Positions 20,289 through 29,663 of a DNA stretch of 64,000 bases are shown piece by piece (position 1 is the first letter of the stretch; each line of letters starts with the position of its first letter). Made by a program: the position numbers and the translations under genes. The notes under the pieces are model-generated. The model saw nothing but the letters and a program-made list of their open reading frames with translations, was not told the origin of the DNA and made no database searches. Source of the stretch: an uncultured Rhodobacteraceae bacterium (GTDB lineage: Bacteria; Pseudomonadota; Alphaproteobacteria; Rhodobacterales; Rhodobacteraceae); NCBI GenBank assembly GCA_947500135.1, contig CANMQX010000004.1, positions 411,442 through 475,441 of the forward strand, written 5' to 3'.

Positions 20289-21809
20289 TCAGACCTCCGT
20301 TGGCATTTTGAGGGGTTTCTTGGAGCCACCGAAAAGCGACCCTTTGGACGATCCGCCACCGCATCCATTGGTGTCGGTAAAGCCGCAGCCGCCCCGCAGG
20401 TCATAGGCATCCTCGACCTGTTCGCGGTGTGTGGTCGGGATGACGAAACGATCCTCGTAGTCAGCCAGCGCCATGATTTTATACATGTCCTCGATCACGC
20501 GGCCTGACAGGCCGACACGGGCGGCAATCCCTTCGTCGATCACACCTTCCACGGTTTTGGACCGCATATAGGATCGCATCGCCAGCATCCGTTCGAGCGC
20601 TGTGACCACCGGTGCCTCGTCCCCGGCTGTCAGCATATTGGCCAGATACCGGACCGGGATGCGCAGGTTTTTGACGTCAGGCATGCCTGCATCGGTGCCG
20701 ATGGCACCTGCCTCTGCCGCGTTCTGGATGGGGGAAAGCGGCGGAATATACCACACCATGGGCAGCGTCCGGTATTCGGGATGCAGCGGGAAGGCGACCT
20801 TCCATTCCATCGCCATTTTCCAGATCGGGCTTTCCTGCGCGGCTTTGATCCAATCCTCTGGAATGCCGTCAGCGCGCGCGGTTTCGATCACAACAGGGTC
20901 ATTGGGATCAAGGAACACACCCAGTTGCGCATCATAAAGGTCCTGTTCATCCTCCATGTTTGCCGCATCTTCGATCTTGTCGGCATCATAAAGCATGACG
21001 CCCAGATACCGGATTCGGCCGACGCAGGTTTCGGAACAAACTGTTGGGTTGCCGGATTCGATCCGGGGATAGCACAGGGTGCATTTCTCGGATTTGCCGC
21101 TTTCCCAGTTGTAGTAGATCTTTTTGTACGGACAGCCCGACACACACATCCGCCAGCCCCGGCATTTTTCCTGGTCGATCAGGACGATCCCGTCTTCCTC
21201 GCGCTTATAGATCGCACCGGATGGGCAGGACGACGCACAAGCCGGGTTCAGGCAGTGTTCGCAAAGCCGGGGCAGATACATCATAAAGGTATTTTCGTAT
21301 TCTCCGTAAATCTCCTTCTGGATGCCCTCGAAATTGTAATCCTCTGACCGTTTGGCGAATTCACCGCCAAGGATTTCGTCCCAGTTCGGGCCTTTCTCGA
21401 TCTTTTCGATCCGTTCGCCGGTGATTTTGGAACGTGGGCGGGCGGTTGGGAACGCCTCCATCTCGGGTGCGGATTTCAGGTGGTCGTAGTCGAAATCGAA
21501 CGGTTCATAGTAATCATCGATTTCAGGCATGGATGGGTTGGCAAAGATATTGGACAGGATGCGCCATTTACTGCCCTGTTTGGGCTGCAGCTTGCCGGAT
21601 TTGGTCCGTTCCCAGCCGCCTTTCCAACGCGCCTGATTTTCCCAGTCGGTTGGATAGCCGGTGCCGGGTTTCGTTTCGACATTGTTGAACCATGCGTATT
21701 CAACGCCATCGCGGCTGGTCCAGACGTTTTTGCAAGTGACAGAACAGGTGTGGCACCCGATGCATTTGTCGAGGTTCAGCACCATGCCGATTTGTGCGCG
21801 GATTCTCAT
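20289..21809 (-). CDS. narH: Respiratory nitrate reductase beta subunit
   Basis: LDKCIGCHTCSVTCKNVW, CEHCLNPAC, CRGWRMC and CTLCYPR Fe-S motifs. Confidence 0.97.
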   Translation of the reverse strand: MRIRAQIGMVLNLDKCIGCHTCSVTCKNVWTSRDGVEYAWFNNVETKPGTGYPTDWENQARWKGGWERTKSGKLQPKQGSKWRILSNIFANPSMPEIDDYYEPFDFDYDHLKSAPEMEAFPTARPRSKITGERIEKIEKGPNWDEILGGEFAKRSEDYNFEGIQKEIYGEYENTFMMYLPRLCEHCLNPACASSCPSGAIYKREEDGIVLIDQEKCRGWRMCVSGCPYKKIYYNWESGKSEKCTLCYPRIESGNPTVCSETCVGRIRYLGVMLYDADKIEDAANMEDEQDLYDAQLGVFLDPNDPVVIETARADGIPEDWIKAAQESPIWKMAMEWKVAFPLHPEYRTLPMVWYIPPLSPIQNAAEAGAIGTDAGMPDVKNLRIPVRYLANMLTAGDEAPVVTALERMLAMRSYMRSKTVEGVIDEGIAARVGLSGRVIEDMYKIMALADYEDRFVIPTTHREQVEDAYDLRGGCGFTDTNGCGGGSSKGSLFGGSKKPLKMPTEV

Positions 21810-21810
21810 G

Positions 21811-24800
21811 TCAAACGGCCTCCTTGTTGGTCGCTTCGTTGTCGAGCCAGTCGACCTTTTTCATTTTTCTGACGACGACAAATTCATCCCGGTTGCAGCC
21901 CACGGTGCCGTAATAGTTGAAGCCGTAGGATTGCTGGGCATAGCCGCCGATCATATGGGTGGGTTTCAGCACTGTGCGGGTGACCGAGTTGTGGATGCCG
22001 CCCCTGTGTCCGGTCTTTTCCGACCCGGGTGTATTCACGATCTTTTCCTGTGCGTGATACATGAAGGTCGTGCCTTCCTTGATCCGCTGCGACACCACCG
22101 CCCGCGCTGTCAGCGCACCGTTGGTGTTGTAAAGCTCCACCCAGTCGTTATCGACGATACCCGCTGATTTGGCGTCGACCTCCGATATCCAGATCACCGG
22201 CCCGCCCCGGTTGAGCGTCAGCATCAACAGGTTATCGGAATAGGTGGAATGAATACCCCATTTCTGGTGGGGCGTGATGAAGTTCAGCACGAGGTTGTCG
22301 CCATCATCCTGCACGTCCTCCGTGATGGTTTTCAGATCGACAGGTGGGCGGTAGGACATGAAGCCTTCACCAAATGCGCGCATCCACAAATGATCCTGAT
22401 ACAGCTGTTGTCGCCCTGTCAGGGTGCGCCACGGGATCAGTTCATGCACATTGGTGTAGCCCGCGTTATAGCTGACTTTTTCGCTCTCGATCCCCGACCA
22501 TGTGGGGCTTGAGATGATCTTGCGCGGTTGTGCGGCGATATCGTGGAACCGGATTTTCTGGTGATGCTCACCTTCGGCAAGATGGGCATGTTCGCGGCCT
22601 GTGGCCTTGCCCAACGCCTCCCACGCTTTCACCGCAACATTGCCATTGGTTTCCGGGGCCAGCATCAGGATAACCTCGCAAGCGTCAATCGCGCTGTCGA
22701 TTTTGGGCCGTCCTGTTGCGCTGCCGTCAAGCTGCACGCCGTTAAGGTCGGACAAGTTGTTCACCTCTTCCTGCGTGTCCCATGCGATGCCTTTGCCGCC
22801 ATTGCCCAGCTTGTCCATCAGCGGGCCAAGGGCGGTGAACCGATCATAAATCGCGGTATAATCACGTTCGACCGCGACATAGGCGGGCGCCGTTTTGCCG
22901 GGGATCAGATCGCATTCGCCTTTCTTCCAGTCCTTGACCTGATCCTGTGCAATCTCTGCCGGGGTGTCGTGCAGGATGGGCAGGGCGACGATGTCGGTTT
23001 CCTTTTCCAGATAGCCGGGCGTGATCTCCTGAAATTTCTTCGCGATGGATTTGAAGATGTCCCAGTCGGATTTGGATTCGTATGCCGGATCAACTGCCGC
23101 CTGTAGCGGGTGGATGAACGGGTGCATGTCGGACGTGTTCATGTCGTCCTTTTCGTACCAACTGGCGGTTGGCAGAACGATGTCGGAATAGACCGCCGTG
23201 GTGGACATGCGGAAGTCGATGGTCACCAGCAGGTCCAGCTTGCCGCGTGGCGCTTCATCATGCCACTTGGCTTCTTTGGGCAGTTGCGCGCCGTCTTCGC
23301 CCAAGTCCTTGCCCATCACGCCGTGATCGGTGCCCAGCAGGTGCTTGAGGAAGTATTCATGCCCCTTGCCAGATGACCCCAGCAGGTTGGACCGCCAGAC
23401 AAACAGGTTGCGTGGCCAGTTGGCGGGATCGTCGGGATCCTCGCACGCCATTTCCAGATCGCCGGATTTCAGGTTCTCGGCCACGTAAGCCGGGATTTCC
23501 TTTCCCGCCTCTTTCGCAGCCTTCGCGATCTCCAACGGGTTCGTCTTCAACTGCGGTGCCGATGGCAACCAGCCCATACGTTCGGCCCGGATGTTGTAGT
23601 CAATCAGGCTTGCGTCCCAATCGCCTTCGGGTGCTGTTGGTGACAGGATTTCATCCGCCGTCAGGGTTTCATAGCGCCACTGATCCGTGTGGGCATACCA
23701 GGCGGAGGTTGAATTCATGTGCCGTGGCGGACGGTTCCAATCCAGTGCGAATGCCAGCGGTTGCCAGCCGGTCTGCGGGCGCAGCTTTTCCTGACCCACG
23801 TAGTGCGCCCAGCCGCCGCCGGATTGGCCGACGCAGCCGCACATGACCAGCATGTTGATGACGCCGCGATAATTCATATCCATATGGAACCAATGGTTCA
23901 TCGCGGCCCCGATGATGATCATCGACTTGCCGTTTGTCTTTTCAGCATTGTCGGCGAATTCGCGGGCGACATGGGCGATCTTGTCTGCGGGGACGCCGGT
24001 GATCTTTTCCGCCCAGGCAGGGGTACCGGGCATCTCATCGGCGTAGTCAGATGTAACCCAGTCACCGCCCAATCCGCGGTCCAGCCCGTAATTGGCGCAG
24101 AAGAGGTCAAACACCGTCGCGACCGTGATCTCACCTTCGACGGTCTTGATTTTCTTGACCGGGATGTTGCGGGTCAGAACGTCGGGGTGGTCCGCATCTG
24201 TCGTAAACTGGCCATACGCCTCGCCCCCGAAATAGGGGAAATCGACGCCAAGGACATCATCATGATCCTCTTCAAGAACGAATGACATCTTGAGGTTGGT
24301 ATCAGCGGCGTTCGCCTTTTCCTCAAGGTTCCATTCGCCATCTTCGCCCCAGCGATAACCGATGGACCCGTTTGGCGCGACAAGGCCCTTGGACGTGTCA
24401 TCATAGGCGACGGTTTTCCATTCGGGGTTGTTATCCTCACCCAATTTACCGTCCAGATCATCGGCGCGTAGAAAACGACCGGGGATCATTTTGCCGTCTT
24501 TTTCATCTAGTTTCACCAGCATGGGGAAGTCGGAATATTTGCGGGTATATTCCTCGAAATAAGGGGTCTGTCGATCAAGGTGGAATTCGCGCAGAATAAC
24601 GTGACCAAAGGCCATGGCGAGTGCGGCATCAGTCCCCTGCTTGGCGTTCAGCCAGACATCGCCGAATTTGGCGGCTTCGGAATAGTCGGGGCAGATGACA
24701 GCGGATTTGGTGCCTTTGTAGCGCGCTTCGGTATAGAAATGCGCATCCGGCGTCCGCGTTTGCGGCACGTTGGATCCCCAAAGCAGTAAGTAACCCGCAT

Positions 24801-25536
24801 TGTACCAATCAGCACTTTCCGGCACGTCCGTCTGTTCGCCCCATGTCATGGGCGACGCTGGCGGTAAGTCGCAATACCAATCATAGAACGACATGCAGAC
24901 GCCGCCCATCAGCGACAGGTAACGCGAGCCTGCAGCGTAGCTGACCATGGACATCGCCGGGATGGGCGAGAAGCCAAAGACGCGGTCGGGGCCGTAGGTC
25001 TTGGCGGTATAGGCGTTGGCAGCGGCGGTAATCTCGGTCGCTTCATCCCATGTGGCGCGCACGAACCCGCCCTTGCCGCGTGTTTCCACATAAGAGGCGC
25101 GCAGGATTGGATCGGCCTGCAGCTTGGTCCAGGCGTCAATCGGCTCCATCGTCTCGCGCATCTTGCGCCAGACCTTCATCAACTTGCCGCGGACCAGCGG
25201 GTTCTTTACCCGGTTGGCGGAATACAGATACCAGCTATAGCTTGCTCCACGCGCACAGCCGCGCGGTTCGTGGTTGGGCAGGTCAGGTCGGGTGCGGGGG
25301 TAATCGGTCTGCTGGGTTTCCCATGTCACGATCCCGGATTTGACGTAGATCTTCCAGCTGCAAGACCCCGTGCAATTCACCCCATGGGTAGAACGCACAA
25401 CTTTGTCATGCCGCCAGCGATTGCGATAGGTGTCTTCCCAATCGCGGTTTTCACGGGTCACTTGCCCATGGCCGTTTGCGAACTGCTCCAGTTCTTTGGA
25501 CTGCAAGAAGTTCAATCTGTCGAGCAAGTGGCTCAT
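21811..25536 (-). CDS. narG: Respiratory nitrate reductase alpha subunit
   Basis: RSTHGVNCTGSCSWKIY, GCARGASYSWY and SFYDWYCDLP. No Tat leader. GGAG RBS before MSHLLDRL. Confidence 0.97.
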   Translation of the reverse strand: MSHLLDRLNFLQSKELEQFANGHGQVTRENRDWEDTYRNRWRHDKVVRSTHGVNCTGSCSWKIYVKSGIVTWETQQTDYPRTRPDLPNHEPRGCARGASYSWYLYSANRVKNPLVRGKLMKVWRKMRETMEPIDAWTKLQADPILRASYVETRGKGGFVRATWDEATEITAAANAYTAKTYGPDRVFGFSPIPAMSMVSYAAGSRYLSLMGGVCMSFYDWYCDLPPASPMTWGEQTDVPESADWYNAGYLLLWGSNVPQTRTPDAHFYTEARYKGTKSAVICPDYSEAAKFGDVWLNAKQGTDAALAMAFGHVILREFHLDRQTPYFEEYTRKYSDFPMLVKLDEKDGKMIPGRFLRADDLDGKLGEDNNPEWKTVAYDDTSKGLVAPNGSIGYRWGEDGEWNLEEKANAADTNLKMSFVLEEDHDDVLGVDFPYFGGEAYGQFTTDADHPDVLTRNIPVKKIKTVEGEITVATVFDLFCANYGLDRGLGGDWVTSDYADEMPGTPAWAEKITGVPADKIAHVAREFADNAEKTNGKSMIIIGAAMNHWFHMDMNYRGVINMLVMCGCVGQSGGGWAHYVGQEKLRPQTGWQPLAFALDWNRPPRHMNSTSAWYAHTDQWRYETLTADEILSPTAPEGDWDASLIDYNIRAERMGWLPSAPQLKTNPLEIAKAAKEAGKEIPAYVAENLKSGDLEMACEDPDDPANWPRNLFVWRSNLLGSSGKGHEYFLKHLLGTDHGVMGKDLGEDGAQLPKEAKWHDEAPRGKLDLLVTIDFRMSTTAVYSDIVLPTASWYEKDDMNTSDMHPFIHPLQAAVDPAYESKSDWDIFKSIAKKFQEITPGYLEKETDIVALPILHDTPAEIAQDQVKDWKKGECDLIPGKTAPAYVAVERDYTAIYDRFTALGPLMDKLGNGGKGIAWDTQEEVNNLSDLNGVQLDGSATGRPKIDSAIDACEVILMLAPETNGNVAVKAWEALGKATGREHAHLAEGEHHQKIRFHDIAAQPRKIISSPTWSGIESEKVSYNAGYTNVHELIPWRTLTGRQQLYQDHLWMRAFGEGFMSYRPPVDLKTITEDVQDDGDNLVLNFITPHQKWGIHSTYSDNLLMLTLNRGGPVIWISEVDAKSAGIVDNDWVELYNTNGALTARAVVSQRIKEGTTFMYHAQEKIVNTPGSEKTGHRGGIHNSVTRTVLKPTHMIGGYAQQSYGFNYYGTVGCNRDEFVVVRKMKKVDWLDNEATNKEAV

Positions 25537-25598
25537 ATCATTCTCTCCTGTTTGGGTGACCCGCCCCGGCAGGCTGCCGGGACGGACGTGCCTAGGGC

Positions 25599-27215
25599 TT
25601 AGGGATTCTGGACGTAGGCGCCGGGGCGCAGGTAGAACCACCAGTTGATTGCGATGCAGACCGCGTAGAAGACGGCGAAGCCGTAAAGCGCGTATTCGGG
25701 ATGTCCCGCGCCCAGCTGTTCACCGAACACTTTGGGGATGATGAACGCGCCATAGGCGGCGACAGCAGCGGTCCAGCCCAAGGCAGGGCCCGCCTGTTCC
25801 TTGTTGAACACCACGGCGATTGTGCGGAAGGTCGATCCGTTGCCGATACCGGTGGCAGCAAACAGGATCAGGAACAGACCCAGGAAGGGGTAGAAGTACT
25901 GTTCCGGCGTGGCCGAGGCATAAGCCGCCTGAATGAAGTACGCGACACCAAGGGCAGAGGCGACCATCACGATAGAAATCCACTGCGTTACCCGTGCGCC
26001 GCCCAGCTTGTCAGCCATCATGCCGCCAATGGGGCGGATCAAGGCACCGATAAACGGCCCCATCCAAGCAAACATCAGGGCTGATGGGCCGTTGGGGTTG
26101 ACGGTGTCATGGGTCATCACGCCGCCGACATCGATATGGCTAAAGCCGAACACAACCTTGATTGTCAGGGCAAGCGCGGCGGAATAACCGATGAACGACC
26201 CGAAAGTCATCGTGTAGATGATGGTCATCGCCCAAGTGTGTTTGTTGCCAAAGATCTTGTACTGACGGCTCAGGTTCTGGCCTACGGCACCGGGGATCAT
26301 CTTCAACCCCAGCACGGTCAGCGCGATGACGATGGGCAGCACAATCCATTTCGACAGGCCAATACCAGATGTCGGCAACCCAGCCTCTGTCCCCGGCAGC
26401 AGCAACCACAGGCCAAAGGCCGCTGTGGCAAAGCCGATCAGCAACATGCCGGTGATGGTGGCAAATGCGCCAATGGGGTTCGGGATATTGGGCGAGACAT
26501 GTTCGTCACGAATATTGTTCATCCCGAACCAGCCGGTGATCGCCAGCGGGATCAGGAAGACCAGCCAGATCAGGCCGGCGTTCTGGATATAGGTTTCGGT
26601 CCCGGCAGGGATCTTGCCGATCAGCGTGCCGGATGTGTTGACCAGCGTGCGGCTTTCACCGCCGAACAGGCCAAATGTCATGACCAGCGGGATCAGGATT
26701 TGCATGGTGGTCACACCAAAATTGCCCAGACCCGCATTCATCCCCAGTGCATAGCCCTGAATCTTTTTTGGATAAAAGAAGCTGATATTGGACATGGAGG
26801 AGGAGAAGTTCCCGCCGCCGATCCCCGACAGAAACGCCAGTATCTGGAAATACCAAAGCGGCGTGTCAGGGTCCTGCAATGCAAGGCCCGCACCCGCGGC
26901 GGGGATGATCAGCAAGGCGGTTGTAAAGACGATCGTGTTACGCCCACCCGCGATACGGATAAAGAAGGTGGACGGAATGCGTAAGGTCGCACCGGTCAGA
27001 CCGGCAATCGCACCAAGGGTGAAAAGGTCGGATTTCGCAAACTCGAACCCGAGGTTGAGCATCTGCACCGTGATGATGCCCCAGTAAAGCCAGACGGCAA
27101 AACCGCAAAGCAGTGAGGGGATGGATATCCACAGGTTGCGGGTGGCAATCGCCTTGCCCGTGGAGGACCAGTAACTCTCATCCTCAATGTTCCAGTTTCT
27201 AAGATCTTGTCCCAC
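25599..27215 (-). CDS. narK: NarK2-type nitrate/nitrite antiporter
   Basis: W..A.RNLWISIPSL, GGGNFSSSM.NIS.FYPK, GIGNGSTF. GTG start with GGAGA RBS. Confidence 0.9.
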   Translation of the reverse strand: MGQDLRNWNIEDESYWSSTGKAIATRNLWISIPSLLCGFAVWLYWGIITVQMLNLGFEFAKSDLFTLGAIAGLTGATLRIPSTFFIRIAGGRNTIVFTTALLIIPAAGAGLALQDPDTPLWYFQILAFLSGIGGGNFSSSMSNISFFYPKKIQGYALGMNAGLGNFGVTTMQILIPLVMTFGLFGGESRTLVNTSGTLIGKIPAGTETYIQNAGLIWLVFLIPLAITGWFGMNNIRDEHVSPNIPNPIGAFATITGMLLIGFATAAFGLWLLLPGTEAGLPTSGIGLSKWIVLPIVIALTVLGLKMIPGAVGQNLSRQYKIFGNKHTWAMTIIYTMTFGSFIGYSAALALTIKVVFGFSHIDVGGVMTHDTVNPNGPSALMFAWMGPFIGALIRPIGGMMADKLGGARVTQWISIVMVASALGVAYFIQAAYASATPEQYFYPFLGLFLILFAATGIGNGSTFRTIAVVFNKEQAGPALGWTAAVAAYGAFIIPKVFGEQLGAGHPEYALYGFAVFYAVCIAINWWFYLRPGAYVQNP

Positions 27216-27272
27216 TTGTTTTCTCCAAGTTGAGGGGTGGGACGGGCCATGATCTGGCCCGTCGTATGTGGT

Positions 27273-28682
27273 TTATTGCGCGGGCTGTGTGCCGTTCTTC
27301 CGGGCGACGGCCGTTAGGCCTTCTTCCAATGCTGCATTGGCTTTTTCGGCCCGGGCACGCAGCGTATCGATATTGGCGGCGGCAAAATTGGCGCGCTCTT
27401 CATCCTCTTGCCGGGTTGAGAACCGGACAAAGAAAGCCAGGAACGATGCACAGGTGACGACGATGCCAAGGATGAAAAACGCCTCTGACCAGTCGATCAC
27501 GTTCTTGAACAGGAAACCCGCCAGAACCGCACCCGCGTTCCCGCCAGCGCCAACCACACCGGCCACGGCACCCAGCGCCTTCTTGTTGATGAAAGGAACG
27601 ACCGAATAGGTGGCGCCTTCGGCCATTTGGGTGAACAGCGAAAAGACGATCAGCGCGGGCAGGGCCAGAAACAGCACATGCATCTGGCTGAACACCATCA
27701 GCGCGCAACCTTCAAAGAACAGGCAAATGAACAGCCAGAATGCGCGTCCTTTCAGCCCCCAGAGAGATCCGAAATTATCACCAAACAAACCGCCCATAGT
27801 TCGGGCGAACAAGTTCATCAGGCCAAAGCAGGCAGCCACAAGACCGGCAGTGACCAAAGTCAGGTCAAAGTAGTCCATGAAATAAAGCGCGGCGACGTTA
27901 TTGACCGTCAGTTCAATCCCGAAACAGGCCCCGTAGATCACGAAGAGCAGCCAGACACGCGGGTCCTTAAGCGCCTGCACGTAGTTGCCGGTGACGTTCT
28001 TCTTCTCTTCCATCTTGCCCTGCGCGCGCAGGTCATCGAAGTTGCCGTCAGGGGCATCCTGGGTCAGGAAATAATAGGCGATACCGGTCAAGAAGATGAT
28101 GAGACCCACCACGACCATCGACAAGCGCCAGCCCACAGCCTCGGAAAAGCCAAAGCCGATCACCATGACCGAGAAGAGAAGCGGCATGACAAATTGTGTG
28201 ACACCGCCACCAAGGTTACCCCAACCGGCGGATGTGGCGTTCGCCTGACCCACCACGTTGGGCGCGAACATGACGGATGTATGATACTGGGTGATCACAA
28301 AGGCTGCACCAATGCCGCCGATCAGGACGCGGAACAGCAGGAATGTCTCAAAACTTTGCGCAAGGCCGATCCCCATCACGGGCAGCGACCCGATCAGCAA
28401 CAGCCAAGTGTAGGATTTGCGTGGCCCGATACGGTCACACAGCCAGCCGATGAACAGCCGGGCAAAGATTGTCATTGATACAGACCCGATGATCGCCCAG
28501 CCGATCTGATTGGGTGTCAGACCCAATTCGTCACGCACGACGCTCATCAAAGGTGCGATGCCAAACCAAGCAAAGAAACACGAAAAGAATGCGAACCACG
28601 TCATGTGGAACGTCCTGATCTGCACCATCTTTACGTTGAAAAAATTCGACCACAGGGCAGTGGCCTTGTTTTGTAGTTCCAT
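27273..28682 (-). CDS. narK: NarK1/NRT2-type nitrate transporter (MFS)
   Basis: RTFHMTWFAFFSCFFAWF, AGWGNLGGG, AEGATY..VP and GAGGNAG. GAGG RBS before 28682. Confidence 0.88.
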   Translation of the reverse strand: MELQNKATALWSNFFNVKMVQIRTFHMTWFAFFSCFFAWFGIAPLMSVVRDELGLTPNQIGWAIIGSVSMTIFARLFIGWLCDRIGPRKSYTWLLLIGSLPVMGIGLAQSFETFLLFRVLIGGIGAAFVITQYHTSVMFAPNVVGQANATSAGWGNLGGGVTQFVMPLLFSVMVIGFGFSEAVGWRLSMVVVGLIIFLTGIAYYFLTQDAPDGNFDDLRAQGKMEEKKNVTGNYVQALKDPRVWLLFVIYGACFGIELTVNNVAALYFMDYFDLTLVTAGLVAACFGLMNLFARTMGGLFGDNFGSLWGLKGRAFWLFICLFFEGCALMVFSQMHVLFLALPALIVFSLFTQMAEGATYSVVPFINKKALGAVAGVVGAGGNAGAVLAGFLFKNVIDWSEAFFILGIVVTCASFLAFFVRFSTRQEDEERANFAAANIDTLRARAEKANAALEEGLTAVARKNGTQPAQ

Positions 28683-28768
28683 CAGATGTCCCCTCTGGTA
28701 TCTTGCGCGGCCTTTTGGACGGCTTTTGCGCTTTGCGGGTATGATCGTGCCGCTGGCCAAGTCGGGAG

Positions 28769-28782
28769 TTGACGTGGATCAA
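28769..28782. promoter_or_regulatory. FNR-type box upstream of narK1
   Basis: TTGAC-GTGG-ATCAA, 9/10 match to TTGAT-N4-ATCAA. Confidence 0.8.
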
Positions 28783-28883
28783 GAAATGACGATTTATGTA
28801 GCAAAATAAATGGCTTAGATAAATTTGTCATGTGGCGCGATGGGGTCCATCAAGGGGCGCGTGCGCAGGTATCAACCGGACGC

Positions 28884-28897
28884 TTGACATTCATCAA
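28884..28897. promoter_or_regulatory. Second FNR-type box in the narK/narR intergenic region
   Basis: TTGAC-ATTC-ATCAA, 9/10 match. Confidence 0.8.
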
Positions 28898-28933
28898 GCA
28901 AGCCGTTGATTGTTGTTAAAGGAGGACACCCAC

Positions 28934-29644
28934 GTGATCGCAGGCATGCCCGACTCGGACCACCCGGACATTCGGGGTCTGCATCTTTTTGCGCAGATGT
29001 CGGATGAACGGTTTCTTGCCCTGATGCGGGGATCCTACGTTCAGAACTTCCCCCCGCAGGTCGATCTGATCACCGAAGGCGACCCCAGCGATTTTCTGCA
29101 TGTGATCCTCAGCGGGGTGGTTGAACTGACTTCCGCCTGGAATGGGCGGGAGACCACCATGGCCACGGTCAGGCCGGTATCAACCTTTATTCTGGCCGCA
29201 ACGATCAAGGATGCGCCTTATCTGATGTCGGCCAAGACGCTGGAGCGCAGCCGGATCGCCCTGATCCCCAGTCAGGATGTCCGCAATGTGTTTGATACGG
29301 ATTCCGAGTTTGCGCGGGCCATCGTGACGGAACTCGCCCAATGCTATCGGTCCGTGGTGAAGGCGCAGAAGGATCTGAAACTGCGCACCTCGCTGGAACG
29401 GTTGGCGAATTATCTATTGCGCCAACAGATGCTGACCGGCGAGGGCAGCCAATTTGCCCTGCAACTTGAAAAGCGCAAGCTGGCGTCATTTCTGGGCATG
29501 ACACCGGAAAACCTAAGTCGGGCGTTCAAGGGTTTGCAGCCTTATGGCGTTGCCGTCAACGGCAATCAGATCACCGTCACGGATCGCGATGAGCTATTGC
29601 AATTTGCCCGGCCAACACCGCTGATCGACGATTTTTCGATCTGA
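28934..29644 (+). CDS. narR: Crp/Fnr family regulator (NarR-like), divergent from narK
   Basis: cNMP-binding-like N-terminus, C-terminal HTH LASFLGMTPENLSRAF, no N-terminal Fe-S Cys cluster, GGAGG RBS before GTG 28934. Same arrangement as Paracoccus narR/narK. Confidence 0.8.
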   Translation: MIAGMPDSDHPDIRGLHLFAQMSDERFLALMRGSYVQNFPPQVDLITEGDPSDFLHVILSGVVELTSAWNGRETTMATVRPVSTFILAATIKDAPYLMSAKTLERSRIALIPSQDVRNVFDTDSEFARAIVTELAQCYRSVVKAQKDLKLRTSLERLANYLLRQQMLTGEGSQFALQLEKRKLASFLGMTPENLSRAFKGLQPYGVAVNGNQITVTDRDELLQFARPTPLIDDFSI

Positions 29645-29663
29645 CGGGGGTTTGTCTGACGGC

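Noticed and set aside
21811-25641. narG as nitrite oxidoreductase or periplasmic (per)chlorate reductase, and the long N-terminal extension in the ORF track
   Set aside because: No Tat signal, canonical narK-GHJI context, and an RBS before MSHLLDRL (25536). The extension overlaps the narK2 end and a hairpin.
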